Shown here: in pieces, positions 1 to 11,580 of the stretch
How the letters are laid out: every line of letters begins with the position of its first letter
How positions within the stretch are numbered: position 1 is the stretch's first letter
Assembly: GCF_006345805.1 (NCBI RefSeq)
Contig: NW_021831835.1
Coordinates: 1 to 64,000 of the forward strand
Direction: 5' to 3'
DNA: 64,000 bases
Source: Octopus sinensis
Lineage: Eukaryota
Program-made: the position numbers and the translations under genes
Notes under the pieces: model-generated
Databases searched by the model: none
Seen by the model: only the letters and a program-made list of their open reading frames with translations
What the model was told of the DNA's origin: nothing

Positions 1-214
1 CAAGTTTCACACCCCTTCTTCTGGTGTTTCGTTGTGATTCGGGGCCCGAATCATTTCATTTCTTTTTATTTTTATTTAATTTTTTTCTTCTTTAAGAACT
101 GTCCAAGACAAGGAGGGGCATTGTTAATGTTCTTTGAGAATTTTTCTATTCTTGTTTCACTTATCTAATCCTGGATCAAACATCACGATTTTTTAAAGAT
201 TATTTTGCATTATA

Positions 215-600
215 GGCGCAGGAGTGGCTGTGTGGTAAGTAGCTTGCTAACCAACCACATGGTTCCGGGTTCAGTCCCACTGCGTGGCATCTTGGGCAAG
301 TGTCTTCTGCTATAGCCCCGGGCCGACCAATGCCTTGTGAGTGGATTTGGTAGACGGAAACTGAAAGAAGCCTGTCGTATATATGTATATATATATAAGT
401 GTGTGTATATGTTTGTCCCCCTAGCATTGCTTGACAACCGATGCTGGTGTGTTTACGTCCCCGTCACCTAGCGGTTCGGCAAAAGAGACCGATAGAATAA
501 GTACTGGGCTTACAAAGATTAAGTCCCGGGGTCGATTTGCTCGACTAAAGGCGGTGCTCCAGCATGGCCGCAGTCAAATTTCTGAAACAAGTAAAAAAAA
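215..600 (+). mobile_element. tRNA-derived SINE, family A (full length, internal TA/TG microsatellite)
   Basis: A-box-like TGGCTGTGTGG and B-box-like GGTTCAGTCCC head. Body and tail (...GGCGGTGCTCCAGCATGGCCGCAGTCAAA...GAAACAAGTAAAA) recur nearly identically at 35412, 42994 and 45064. Confidence 0.85.
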
Positions 601-905
601 AATATTATCTAATGTGTTTTTCCTTACTTGCTCGACGGAAGTTATTGCTCGGAAGATTCCCCTGTTGTCTGCTCGCTCTGTATCAAGTTTCCATTTATTT
701 AAACTATGATAAGAAATACTGGCTTCCTTTGTAAATGATTTCGCTATTGATACATCACATGTATATGTAAATGAGTGTGTGTTTGTGTGGTGTGTATGTG
801 TGTGTGTACTAATTTAAAACTTGTGCCAAAACTGTCCTGTTTTCTTCATCAATTAGTAGTAGTAGTAGTAGTAAGTAGTAGTAGTAGTAGTAGTAGTAGC
901 AAGCA

Positions 906-968
<63 letters not shown>

Positions 969-1017
969 AAAAAAAGTCAAGATAGAAAATGCTAAAATAA
1001 TTTTATAAAAAACATTT

Positions 1018-1053
1018 CAGTACCGGTTTCAGCCATTGAGACTTTTTCAACTG
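1018..1053 (-). ncRNA. degenerate minimal type I hammerhead-like motif
   Basis: Minus strand reads CAG-TTGAAAA-AGTC/TCAAT/GGCT-GAAA-CCGG-TA-CTG. Stems I, II and palindromic III are present, but the core has two changes from CUGANGA. Confidence 0.45.
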
Positions 1054-1745
1054 TAACAATTAAATAATTAAATTTAGAAAAATTAAAAGAAATGTTTTCG
1101 TAAAAGAATATTTTTATAGAGTTCAAATACAAGTGGCATTTTCCTTGTTTCTGCCTGTCTCTGACTCTCTTGTTACTTTTGTGGGTTCGAGGTCCTTGTG
1201 AATTCTTGGTAGGGAAGAAGAAGAAAAAAAGAAGGAGGAGGAGGAGAAGGGGAAGTAGAAGAAGAATTTGGGAGTGCCATGATAGTAGTATTTTGAATGG
1301 TCAGTGGATGGTAGCAGTCCCTGTTCAATTCATGAAAATATTTCTTTAGAATGTTTTGTTTATAGAATTTGCGTAGGTGTTATTCTAAAAAGCATTAGTG
1401 ACAGAGTTAGGAAGGAGAAGGGAGAAGAAGAAGAAGAAGAAGAAGAAGAAGAAGAAGAAGAAGAAGAAGAAGAAGAAGAAAGAAGAAGAGAAGAAGAAGA
1501 AGAAGAAGAAGAAAGAGAAGGGAGAATAAGAATGAATGTAGAAAGTAGTAAGGTGTTAAATGACTTAAAATTGGAAACCTAATGGATTATAGCAGTGATT
1601 AGCACTGTTTTTTTAATGAATTCTTGGGAATCGCTTGAGTGTATCATTTTTAATATTTGCGTATATATTTGTGTTATTCTAAGGCCGAGGTGGATATGCC
1701 GTTTGTCGTAGACGCGTTCAGAAGGGGCCCGGGCGGTGAAAAAGT

Positions 1746-1782
1746 ATTTAACGTTTCGAGCCTACGCTCTTCCATAGAAAGG
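1746..1782 (-). ncRNA. degenerate minimal hammerhead-like motif (same family as 44845)
   Basis: Minus strand CTTT-CTATGGA-A-GAGC/GTAG/GCTC-GAAA-CG-TT. Perfect 4-bp stem II with a tetraloop; core is degenerate. Confidence 0.45.
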
Positions 1783-2068
1783 AACACAGAAAGAAACAAG
1801 AAGAGAAAATAAAGAATGTGTAGTGGCTAGAGATCTATCATGTATAATTATATATATATATATATACATACATATATGTATATATATATATATATATATA
1901 CAAAATGAGAAAATGGAGAAACATACTTAAATCAATCAATCATCAACCATCAGATAATACCCAATCAATACTTTATTACACCATTACATAACAGCAATTA
2001 TATTATACATAATATATTGCAAAATATAACTAGACATGAAATATAAATATAAATACAATTACATCATA

Positions 2069-2175
2069 TCTGACAGCTGTTTCGGCTGTGAGACAGTATG
2101 TCTCATTAACCTATTAGCCATATAAAGCAGGTATAAATGAGACATTAACAAGATGTCTCACGGCCTCTTCAGAGA
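2069..2175 (-). ncRNA. type I hammerhead ribozyme, canonical core, extended stem II
   Basis: Minus strand TCT-CTGAAGA-GGCCGTGAGACA...TGTCTCACAGCC-GAAA-C-AGCT-G-TC-AGA. Intact CUGANGA, GAAA, GUC triplet, G10.1-C11.1 pair and a palindromic stem III loop. Confidence 0.8.
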
Positions 2176-2480
2176 ATTTAATATAAGTGTGAAAAAATTA
2201 CATATAATATAAAAATATAAAATATAAAAATGTGTGCATAGACACTCATAATTCTACACATATATATATACACATTAAACAATAATGCAATATAAACAAA
2301 TATATCAGTATATATTAACAAACACAGTTATTTCCCATATTGGACTCCTAGTCCATAACTAACATCAAGGAAAAACTGTACACTCCATTTTAAATTTAAA
2401 GCAGACATATATATATAAAACAATCCAGTTATTAAAAATGTATAACCATACAAAAAGTTAATAAAAAAATTAATATTAAT

Positions 2481-2514
<34 letters not shown>

Positions 2515-2524
2515 TAATAATAAT

Positions 2525-2556
<32 letters not shown>

Positions 2557-4540
2557 CAACCATGATTGTACCATGTAAAGCAAGCGGACATCTACATATC
2601 AATAAGTCTAATTCATCTGTCCGCTTGATATTGATTTTCCTAGATAGATTCGATTGGCTTATAGTTTTAAATTTGAATCACAATGGAAATTTTACGGTTA
2701 GTTAGTCAAGAAACGCACATATGCACACGCACATCCACAGATCCAGCGCACATACATACATAATTATATGTATACACACACAGATACACCCATACACATA
2801 CACACATACATAGCCACATACACAGCCAAATCATAAATAAATAATATAAGAGGTATAATCGTAACTATACACATGGAAAAACAGAGAAACCCAACCGATT
2901 GCACATACATGCATGCAGACATCAAGCCCCACCAAAATGACACCAAGGCCGTGGTATTAACTAAGTAGATCCACTCACATATTTCCATAAAACATTAATT
3001 GCAAAGATACATACAATTATATCAAGACATAGAATGTAATTTTTCATAAGGTACATAATTCATATGACACCGTATTTTTCGTAGCCATAGTATTTTATAA
3101 CTAAAAGTCTGATAGCTTAACCGCTATATGCTATATTCAAACATACGCTAAATTATAAAGTATAGATTAAACATTTCCGTTTGACTATCAAAAGACATAG
3201 GATTATACATATACTAAGTTAACATCGGTTTATAATAATTAAATTATAAGAGATTAATTGTAAGAAATCAAAATACGCTAATATTCTAGGATATATAAAC
3301 AAAATAACTCCTTATAGCATAAATAGATATCATCTCTACGTAATAAATCCAATGTTATTATAATACTAATATTTATCTATCAAAACCCTTACCAACGAAC
3401 TAATAGAATTACACTCACATCTACATGCCCATATGCATACTCATGTGTAACAACAGACATACACATACACACCATATATTTTCACATGTGATGTGCGTGT
3501 AAAGATTCATAGTACTTATATATAAATATACTTTTAAGCATCAGTGGACACATAAATACAAATGTAATAATTAACAGGATTTGGCATTAAATAATATCAG
3601 TGGAGGACTCACCAATAAAATAGTATATAAGTAAATAACAAAAATTAAATTAATTAAGTTAACAATTGTAATTACTTAAGATTAAAATGTAATAAAATAA
3701 AATAACGAAATAATTAAAATTAAAATGAGAATATAGTACAAAGCTAGTATACATGTATCTATATTTTATTATATAAATAATGGATATGTATGTATATATC
3801 TACATATAAATAAATAAATGAATAAATAAATAGATAAATACCATAGAAAACAAATTAAGATAAATACAAAGGTACACCTAATATATAGTAATGCTAATAT
3901 GTATATATCCACATATGCATAAAAGAATATATAGATAAATAAATAACATGAAATAAAATGAAGATATATATTGAAAAAAGTACATATATAAACTTAGTAT
4001 ACAGGCTACTATTGTAAACATTTACCTATAGATAATGAATAATAAATATAAATAGATAAATAACTTAATGTACAAACCAAGATGAGTACAAATATACTAA
4101 ATATATATAAGACTGCTAATATGTATAAGCCAAATGTAAGTAAATGAATAGGTTTTATTAATAAAGCATAAATACAAATTTAGATGAGTACAATATACAC
4201 TAAATATACAATATATAAGCCTGCCAAATAATACCACCTGAAAAAACCCATATACTCATCCAAAACAAACAAAATCCAATATAGACTCTCATTTATTACA
4301 TATTAGTATACAGTATCTAAAACCCAGGTATCTAACTATGATACTCATACACACTCTGCAATTTTGGAAAACTCCAAGAATATCATATTACTGTGTATAT
4401 ACCAAAATGTATATATTCTTTCTTGCCGCAGTGTATTTCCCTTATAAACCAGGACAAAAAACCAAAAACAAAAAACAATTAATACAGGACATATATATTT
4501 ATATACATGTGTATCTACAAAATTATATAAAATTATAAAT

Positions 4541-5506
4541 TTATAAGTTGCATGTTTTAAAATTGTAGAAGACTACTAGTATAACTAGATACAGAGGAGA
4601 GTTAAAATATAGTAGAAAAGCTAAGTTATATTTAAATCTAGAGAAAGTGTACGGTAGTTTATGAATGCAAAAAAATTTTTTTTCATTTATATTATTAATA
4701 ATAGGCCTACCCGCTTTCATAATGAAAAAAATTTCATTAATACATAGAGAGCATTTTATATTTTTTCCATTATACACAGGTGCAGAAGTTAGTATTTTCC
4801 AATTTAATTTAAAATCTAAGTTCTTACTTTTGAGTTCCCAAATATACGCACTTAACCCCGTAGAGTACATCCTATTTTTATTTCTAAAAGTATATCTATG
4901 ATAAGTAAGTCTCTGTTTCATGCTATTCATAGTTGCTCCGATGTATACCCTACTACTAAATTGTGTATCCACAGTGCATTGATAAACTACCTCTTTCTTG
5001 AGGCATTGATCGCCAAACACACATTTATTTCTGTTTCTGAAATTACAGTTATCAACAGGTTGGGGTAATCTAACATTGGCCAACATTCCTGTAACACCAT
5101 TCCCATTAGTAGTGTTACAATTATTTATACTATCCAATCCCAAATTCAACGAAGGATTTGATTTATCATTATTGGCGATATTCCTGTCAATAGTAATAGT
5201 ATTGGTGGTAGTGGTATCATCTATTACATTAATATTTTTCCTTACAGGTACGGTACCATCATAATTTGTTACATTAATATTTTTCCTTACAGGTACGGTA
5301 CCATCATAACTTGTAAGAGGGTTGTTCGCGTTAGCTCCAAAAGATATATTGTTCCTACTTTTATAGAGAGGCAAATTACTATTATCTAAATTCAACTTTC
5401 TATCATTATAGAAGTAATCCAGTTTCCTGTTATTAAAAGAGGAGATGATGGTGGCTAGATTGATGGTGGCATTGACAGTTACAAAACCAACACAACGAGG
5501 CACCAC
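4541..5506 (-). CDS. GIY-YIG endonuclease domain of a Penelope-like element (5'-truncated ORF, RT absent, no ATG)
   Basis: C-N-(F)...C...G-x-C knuckle, VVY...VYIG, KQRL..H, LSAYIWELK, WKIL, KCSLC.NE and FCIH motifs match the Neptune-type PLE endonuclease. NLATIISSFNNRKL matches the RT-EN linker. Confidence 0.85.
   Translation of the reverse strand: MVPRCVGFVTVNATINLATIISSFNNRKLDYFYNDRKLNLDNSNLPLYKSRNNISFGANANNPLTSYDGTVPVRKNINVTNYDGTVPVRKNINVIDDTTTTNTITIDRNIANNDKSNPSLNLGLDSINNCNTTNGNGVTGMLANVRLPQPVDNCNFRNRNKCVFGDQCLKKEVVYQCTVDTQFSSRVYIGATMNSMKQRLTYHRYTFRNKNRMYSTGLSAYIWELKSKNLDFKLNWKILTSAPVYNGKNIKCSLCINEIFFIMKAGRPIINNINEKKFFCIHKLPYTFSRFKYNLAFLLYFNSPLYLVILVVFYNFKTCNL
5224..5309. repeat. 45-bp in-frame tandem duplication
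   Basis: TTACATTAATATTTTTCCTTACAGGTACGGTACCATCATAA at 5224 and 5269 (YDGTVPVRKNINV twice). Confidence 0.95.
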
Positions 5507-6270
5507 TAATGGAAGAACACCTTTCGTATAGAAACCAAAGATGGGCGTTTTTATTCTAGCACTGACTTAAGCACCTCAAATGGCTCGCAGGAGATCTCGT
5601 TCCTTATCGTTTGGTTTGGGTTTAACAGTTCAAAGGGGACTAAACATTTCATATCCCTACAAACAGATAACAACACTTTATGTGGGAGAAGACCTTCTTA
5701 AAGCCTGGGGTGCTGGTATTTCTCCTTTCCCTACCCATTGTCTTCGACGCTTGGCATTTTTATAGAGAACCTATTTATCTTCACCAGTCACTATTCGGTC
5801 CCAAACGGGTTCATTAGTGAGACGTGACAGCAAAGAAGAACACACATTCACTCTCTGAGCGCGATTAGATTCGGGAAGTTTTTGAGGAATCTTTTGACCC
5901 AATTTGCTGACTTTTCGATGTCACGTTGAATGGTTGAATTACCAAATCCAAGCTTCTCTGCTAGTTCCTCAAAAGTAACAATAGGATTTTCTTCCTCCAG
6001 GATTTGCAGGAGGTCCTCGTCGAGCTCTAAAGATCTTCCAGGACGATGCTCTTCTAGGCTTCAGTTTCCGGCTCGGAATTTCTGGCCCCACCATTAACAC
6101 TGGCTTACACTTATTGTCCGATTCTCATATATGGCATTAATATTCCTCGCACTTTCAGTTGTGCTATTGCCTTTTATTGAACTCATAAAGGAAAATATGC
6201 CGAAAATGCTTCTTTGTCACTTCCATTATAGCTTTCAAAAAATAACTGTTAAAATCGAACTGCACATGTA
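5507..6270 (-). pseudogene. mariner transposase remnant, 3'-truncated
   Basis: From ATG at 6226: MEVTKKHFRHIFLYEFNK..., GQKIPQKL (WVPHEL-like), DRIVTGEDK (first catalytic D region), KVLLSV, ending at VFFH just before the expected DNA motif. Multiple stops and frameshifts. Confidence 0.85.
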
Positions 6271-6789
6271 TGTATGTGTGTATGTATATATGTATTATGT
6301 ATGTATGTATTTATGTTTGTATGTATGTAAATATTACGAGATTCTGCTGTGCTGATTGATTTTTGTTTTCTTAGCAGCAGTCACTGACGCAGCCATTTTG
6401 TTTTCTGTATGTGTATTTATAAAATAGACATAGCACCGCACGCACGTAAACACGTACGGGAATATGATTATAGATATGCACAACCAACTCGAGAAGCTCA
6501 CACGTGTACATACATATACATACAAACATGACGATAGGACATGCCCAAACATTCACAGACAAATGCGACTGTCAACTGCACTTAAACTGATATAGAGAGG
6601 GGGAGAGGGAGACAGACATAGACAGAGGAAGATATGTAAAGAAGAAAGAGGATAGGAGAGAGCGGTATAAGAAAGAGAAAATAGAAATTAATTGATGGTT
6701 GGAGAAAGGAGACAAGAAGTGGACGAAAGGACGAAAGGAACGAAAATGTGTATGCGTAGGTGTACAAGGCAGTGAGAGTGAGAGATGGA

Positions 6790-7265
6790 GAAAGGGAAGA
6801 AGAGGAAGAAGAAAAAGAAGAGGAAGATAAAGAAGAAGAAGAAAAAGAAGAAGAAAAAGAAGAAGAAGAAGAAGAAGAAGAAGAAGAAGAAGGAGATGAA
6901 AAATAAGAAGAAGAAGAAGAAGAACGATGAGAAGAAGAAGAAGAAGAAGAAGAAGAAGAAGAAGGAGATGAAAAAGAAGAAGAAGATGAAGAAAAGGAGA
7001 AGAAGGAGAAGAAGGAGAAGAAGAAAGAGAAGAAGAAGAATGAGAAAGAGGAGAAAGAGAAGAAGGAGATGAAAAAGAAGAAAGAGAAGGAGAAGAAGAA
7101 GAAGAATGAGAAAGAGGAGAAAGAGAAGGAGATGAAAAAGAAGAAGAAGAAGAAGAAGAAGAAGAAGAAAAAGAAGAAGAAGAAGAAGAAGAAGAAGAAG
7201 AAGAAGAAGAAGAAGAAGAGAAGAAGAAGAGAAAAAGAAGAAGAAGAAGGAGGAGGAGGAAGAAG
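6790..7265. repeat. (GAA/GGA)n polypurine tract, about 480 bp
   Basis: Directly visible; it produces the poly-K and poly-F ORFs. Confidence 0.95.
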
Positions 7266-7547
7266 ATGACGTGGTGCTGTGTTTTGTTTACACATCAAGG
7301 CCTCGATATTGCACACTGAGGTCCTCCAGATTTGCCGATAGACGTGACACGGCAGCAGCCCCTTCTCCCATCGATTCCATGCACACGCAAGCGCACACAG
7401 GAGACAGTGACGTAACATAGAGGAAGATAAGTCATATGCGCCGCAGTTGCTCAAATCCAACATCAACTGTCAGTAATGGATGATTACAGCTTTATTATTT
7501 GACCCCATCGCTGCCCTCGGCCTTTCCCACTGTCCTGAGCCTTGTAT

Positions 7548-7586
<39 letters not shown>

Positions 7587-7744
7587 TTTGCGTGCTTGTT
7601 TATTTTATTCATTTTAGTAAAAACCAACATTGGAGATTCTCTATTTACTGTCACACAGTAATTTGAAATCTAACTTCATTCAAGGGGTTATTATAGTATT
7701 TTCCTATGATTTATTTCTTTACAACAACAACAACAACACCAGCG

Positions 7745-7788
7745 ACAATAACATTAACAATAATAATAATAATAATAATAATAATATA

Positions 7789-7834
<46 letters not shown>

Positions 7835-7898
7835 AATAATAATAATGATGCTATGATAATAATAATATATAATATTAATAATGATGATGATGATGATG

Positions 7899-7937
<39 letters not shown>

Positions 7938-7945
7938 TAATAATA

Positions 7946-7978
<33 letters not shown>

Positions 7979-8051
7979 TGATAATAATTATTATTGTTGT
8001 TTCAGTTGCTATTATTACGATTATCGTGTGTGTTTGTGTGTGTATGTGTGT

Positions 8052-8087
<36 letters not shown>

Positions 8088-8352
8088 TGTGTGTATGTAT
8101 ATATATGTGTGTGCGTGTGTGTGTGTGTGTTATATTACATTATATAATATCATATATATATATATTTATACATATACATATATACATATATACATATATA
8201 CATACATATATATGTACACACACACATTTGTATTATATATATATATGTAAGTATATATATGTGTGTGTGTGTTGTTACCTTATAAAATATCATATATATA
8301 TATACATATATATACATATATACATATATATATATATGTACACACACATTTG

Positions 8353-8388
<36 letters not shown>

Positions 8389-8405
8389 ATATATATATAT
8401 ATAAT
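7745..8405. repeat. (AAT)n followed by (TA/TG)n compound microsatellites
   Basis: Directly visible. Confidence 0.9.
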
Positions 8406-9113
8406 GTACATAATATTTTGTATGTGCATATAATTTTTTTTTCATATAAAATATATAAAAAGCGTCAGAATTTCATTATATTTTGCTGGGTTTTTTCATT
8501 GTTGCTGTTGATGCTTTTCATTCTTTGTTTTGCTTTCATTGTCTCCGTTGCTCTTGCAGTTGTTTTGATTAAATTTTGCAGAGAGACAGAAAATCAGCTA
8601 ATACGACAGGAATTTGCGTCTGTCGCACTTTTCGCAAACTAACCGTTTAAATTAAATTCAGTCCAACGTTTTATTATTAGAAATTGTCGCAGAGTTTCTG
8701 GCTCAAAATTGATCCATTTTTCTGACGTTACAAATCTCAAGCCTTCCTGTTCAATTTCGCAATAGAAAACTAATATTGCTGTTTACAAAAGACATACCAA
8801 AGGACAAGATAGCCCGAGGTAACAAAAAACCAAAACAAAATGTTAAAAAAGAAAAATTCTTAAATGCATAAAGAACTGTTGTTGAAAGGGGAAATTGCAA
8901 TCCCACATACATGCTTGGCGATTATACAGGATAAAAAATATAGTTGAACCATTTCGGGTGTAATATTAAATTAAACAGACGAGTCAAGAGATAAGTGCTG
9001 ATACTAGGAGACAGCAGTGGTGGGACCCGGTATATATGAATATAAAAATAAATGTGTATATATATATATATATTATACATATAGACATATATTACATACA
9101 TAATACATATGTA

Positions 9114-9180
<67 letters not shown>

Positions 9181-9940
9181 ATATATATATATGTGTATAT
9201 ACACGTATACAATATATATATTTATTTATGCATATATATGTATATATACATATGTATGCAAGTATGTATATACACATACATATATACACATATATATGTG
9301 GATATATATATATATATACACGCACACACATATATATGTATACGCACACCCATACACACATATGAGTATATATATGCGTCTGTGTGTGTATCTGTGTACG
9401 CGCGTGCGAATTGTATAAAAGAATGCGTGATTGGGTCCAGGAAGTACGCAAACGTGAAAAGGGATGGCGTTGGTAATATTTTGAACCCTTCTGTAAACAA
9501 AACATTGGCATTTCTTTAAGTAAATAAACACGGAGACAACCGTCTTCTGTTATTATAAATGGAATGCCGAAGTGGCTAACACTGGACGAAATATGGTTCG
9601 GTTAAAGTATTTATGAAACAATGAGATGGAACAATCTAGACGTAAGGGGAAGGCCAAAAACACACTAAAATCAGTGAGAAGGAAACACGCAATGAACATA
9701 CTACAAAAAAAAACGTGTTTGAAATAAGAATATGTAGCAAATCCTTAAGAGAATGGAGGAAATGTAGAAAGAAGGTTGTGTGAAATGTTTGTGGGACACA
9801 GAAAAAAACATTGACGGGTGATGGTGTTGGGTGTCCCGGCTTGCTATTGTCGCTAAAGTGTCTCCTTCTCTCGCACCCATATATACGTCCACACAAGCAT
9901 ATATATATCTGCATGTGTGTGAGTTTGTGTGTGTGTGTGT

Positions 9941-9976
<36 letters not shown>

Positions 9977-10165
9977 GTCTGTGTGTGTATGTATGTGTGT
10001 ATTGGGGCAGGCGTGTGTGGGGCATGGGCTTAAAATTGTCCAATAGGCTTTCATGAGTCAGAAAAAACTGAAATCTATCCTCCTACCTAACTATCAATCA
10101 ATCATCAATCAATCAATCAATTAATCAACCAACTTGTCAATCTATTTATCAATCTGTTTCTCCCG

Positions 10166-10202
<37 letters not shown>

Positions 10203-10215
10203 TATGTATATATAT

Positions 10216-10249
<34 letters not shown>

Positions 10250-10939
10250 CTATAATGGAGAATGCTGCTTATTATTTAGGGTATAAGCACTAAAAGAAAG
10301 CAATTATTAAAGGGTTGACCGTTTGCAAATATTTTTTATAAATTCATTGTTCTAAGAAAGTTTCTATAATTTCGATTTCTCGAGTTTACTGAATTTTTTA
10401 ACTCCAAGTTCTTGCATATTTAAATATTCATTGCATTCACTGCGGAGTATTCCAGTTTTATTTGCAAAGTTTCACTTCCTCTTTTAATGTTTTTATTTCA
10501 AGTTTTAATTCACTATTTTGAGAACTGGTAGTTTATTCTATTAATGTATACGTAATGTAAAAACATTATTTTCTGAATGAAAATTGTTTTAAAGACCCGT
10601 ATAACTTTTGTAAAAAAAATATGAGTGATTTTGTTGTTTCGGCTGTTTGGAACGCTATAAGCTTTATAATGATAACTATCCTATTGTAACCATTTTCCCT
10701 TTTCACTCTTACATGTATTGATATTTTTTCAATATTTTCCCCCCATTAAACATATTTTATGGAATAACGATGCCGAAGTAACACACGCGTGGTCCATTGG
10801 TGAAAAAGAAACAACAAAATGAATTGTAATTGTTACCCCCAGCCTCGCTTTGAAACTGCGACCTGTTCACTGACAAAACTTCGTGCTAATCACTTTTGTA
10901 AAGTTTTCTCAGTGAACAGGTCGCGGTTTCAAAGCGACG

Positions 10940-11235
10940 GAAATATTTTGACACAAATTTAATTTAAATGTTGAAATCAAACTAACAGTTTTTGTGTGTT
11001 CTTGAATAGCTTACAAACATATTCCACGCTGCAATTGTACTTGTTTCAGCACACTAAGATCAAGTCACTTGCTATGCAAGTACTTCTCTGTAATTTTTTT
11101 TAAATCACTGTGGATAAATGCCAGCGATGTCCTTCTCAGGCTCTCCAATATTTTAAAGTCTAAACAGAAACAATCGGGGGCAGGGTAATATTTTGAACTC
11201 TTCTGTAAACAAAACATTGGCATTTCTTTAAGTAA
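10940..11235 (-). repeat. unclassified dispersed repeat (family G)
   Basis: 10960-11035 matches 33585-33670 in reverse complement; 11184-11235 matches 9472-9523 with one mismatch. Confidence 0.6.
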
Positions 11236-11580
11236 TTTGAATGCGGCCATGCTGGAGCACCGCCCTTAGTCGATCAAATCGACCCCAGTACTTATTCTTT
11301 GTAAGCCTAGTACTTATTCTATCGGTTCCTTTTGCCGAACCACTACGTTACGGAGACGTAAACATACCACCATCGGTTGTCAAGCAATGTTGGGGGGTAC
11401 AAACACAGACAAACATATACGCACACATACATATATATACATATATACGACGTGCTTCTTTCAGTTTCCGTCAACCAAATCTACTCACAAGGCTTTTTCG
11501 GCCCGAGGCTATAGTAGTAGACACTTGCTCAAGGTGCCATGTGGTTGGTAAGCAAGCTACTTACCACACATCACTCCTAC
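11236..11580 (-). mobile_element. SINE family A copy with deletion in the tRNA-like head
   Basis: Reverse complement of the 215-600 sequence; the B-box segment is missing. Confidence 0.85.

Larger units (their letters stand above)
1000..1840 (-). mobile_element. probable decayed Penelope-like element remnant with (GAA)n expansion
   Basis: Bounded by two hammerhead-like motifs (1018-1053 and 1746-1782) and by (TA)n tracts. The 1746 motif matches the dispersed copy at 44845. No clean ORF. Confidence 0.4.
1900..5506 (-). mobile_element. 5'-truncated Penelope-like retroelement (Neptune-type endonuclease) with long AT-rich 3' region and hammerhead
   Basis: GIY-YIG ORF at 4541-5506, a canonical hammerhead at 2069-2175 on the same strand downstream, and AATAAA near 1975 before a (TA)n tract. 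That everything between belongs to one element is inference. Confidence 0.6.

Noticed and set aside
2200-4500. Mitochondrial insertion (very AT-rich)
   Set aside because: No mitochondrial protein, rRNA or tRNA motifs recognised.
6334-6410. Short minus-strand ORF MAASVTAAKK... / YY1-like AAAATGGCTGC motif
   Set aside because: About 20 codons to a stop, weak donor, and a single short motif is expected by chance.
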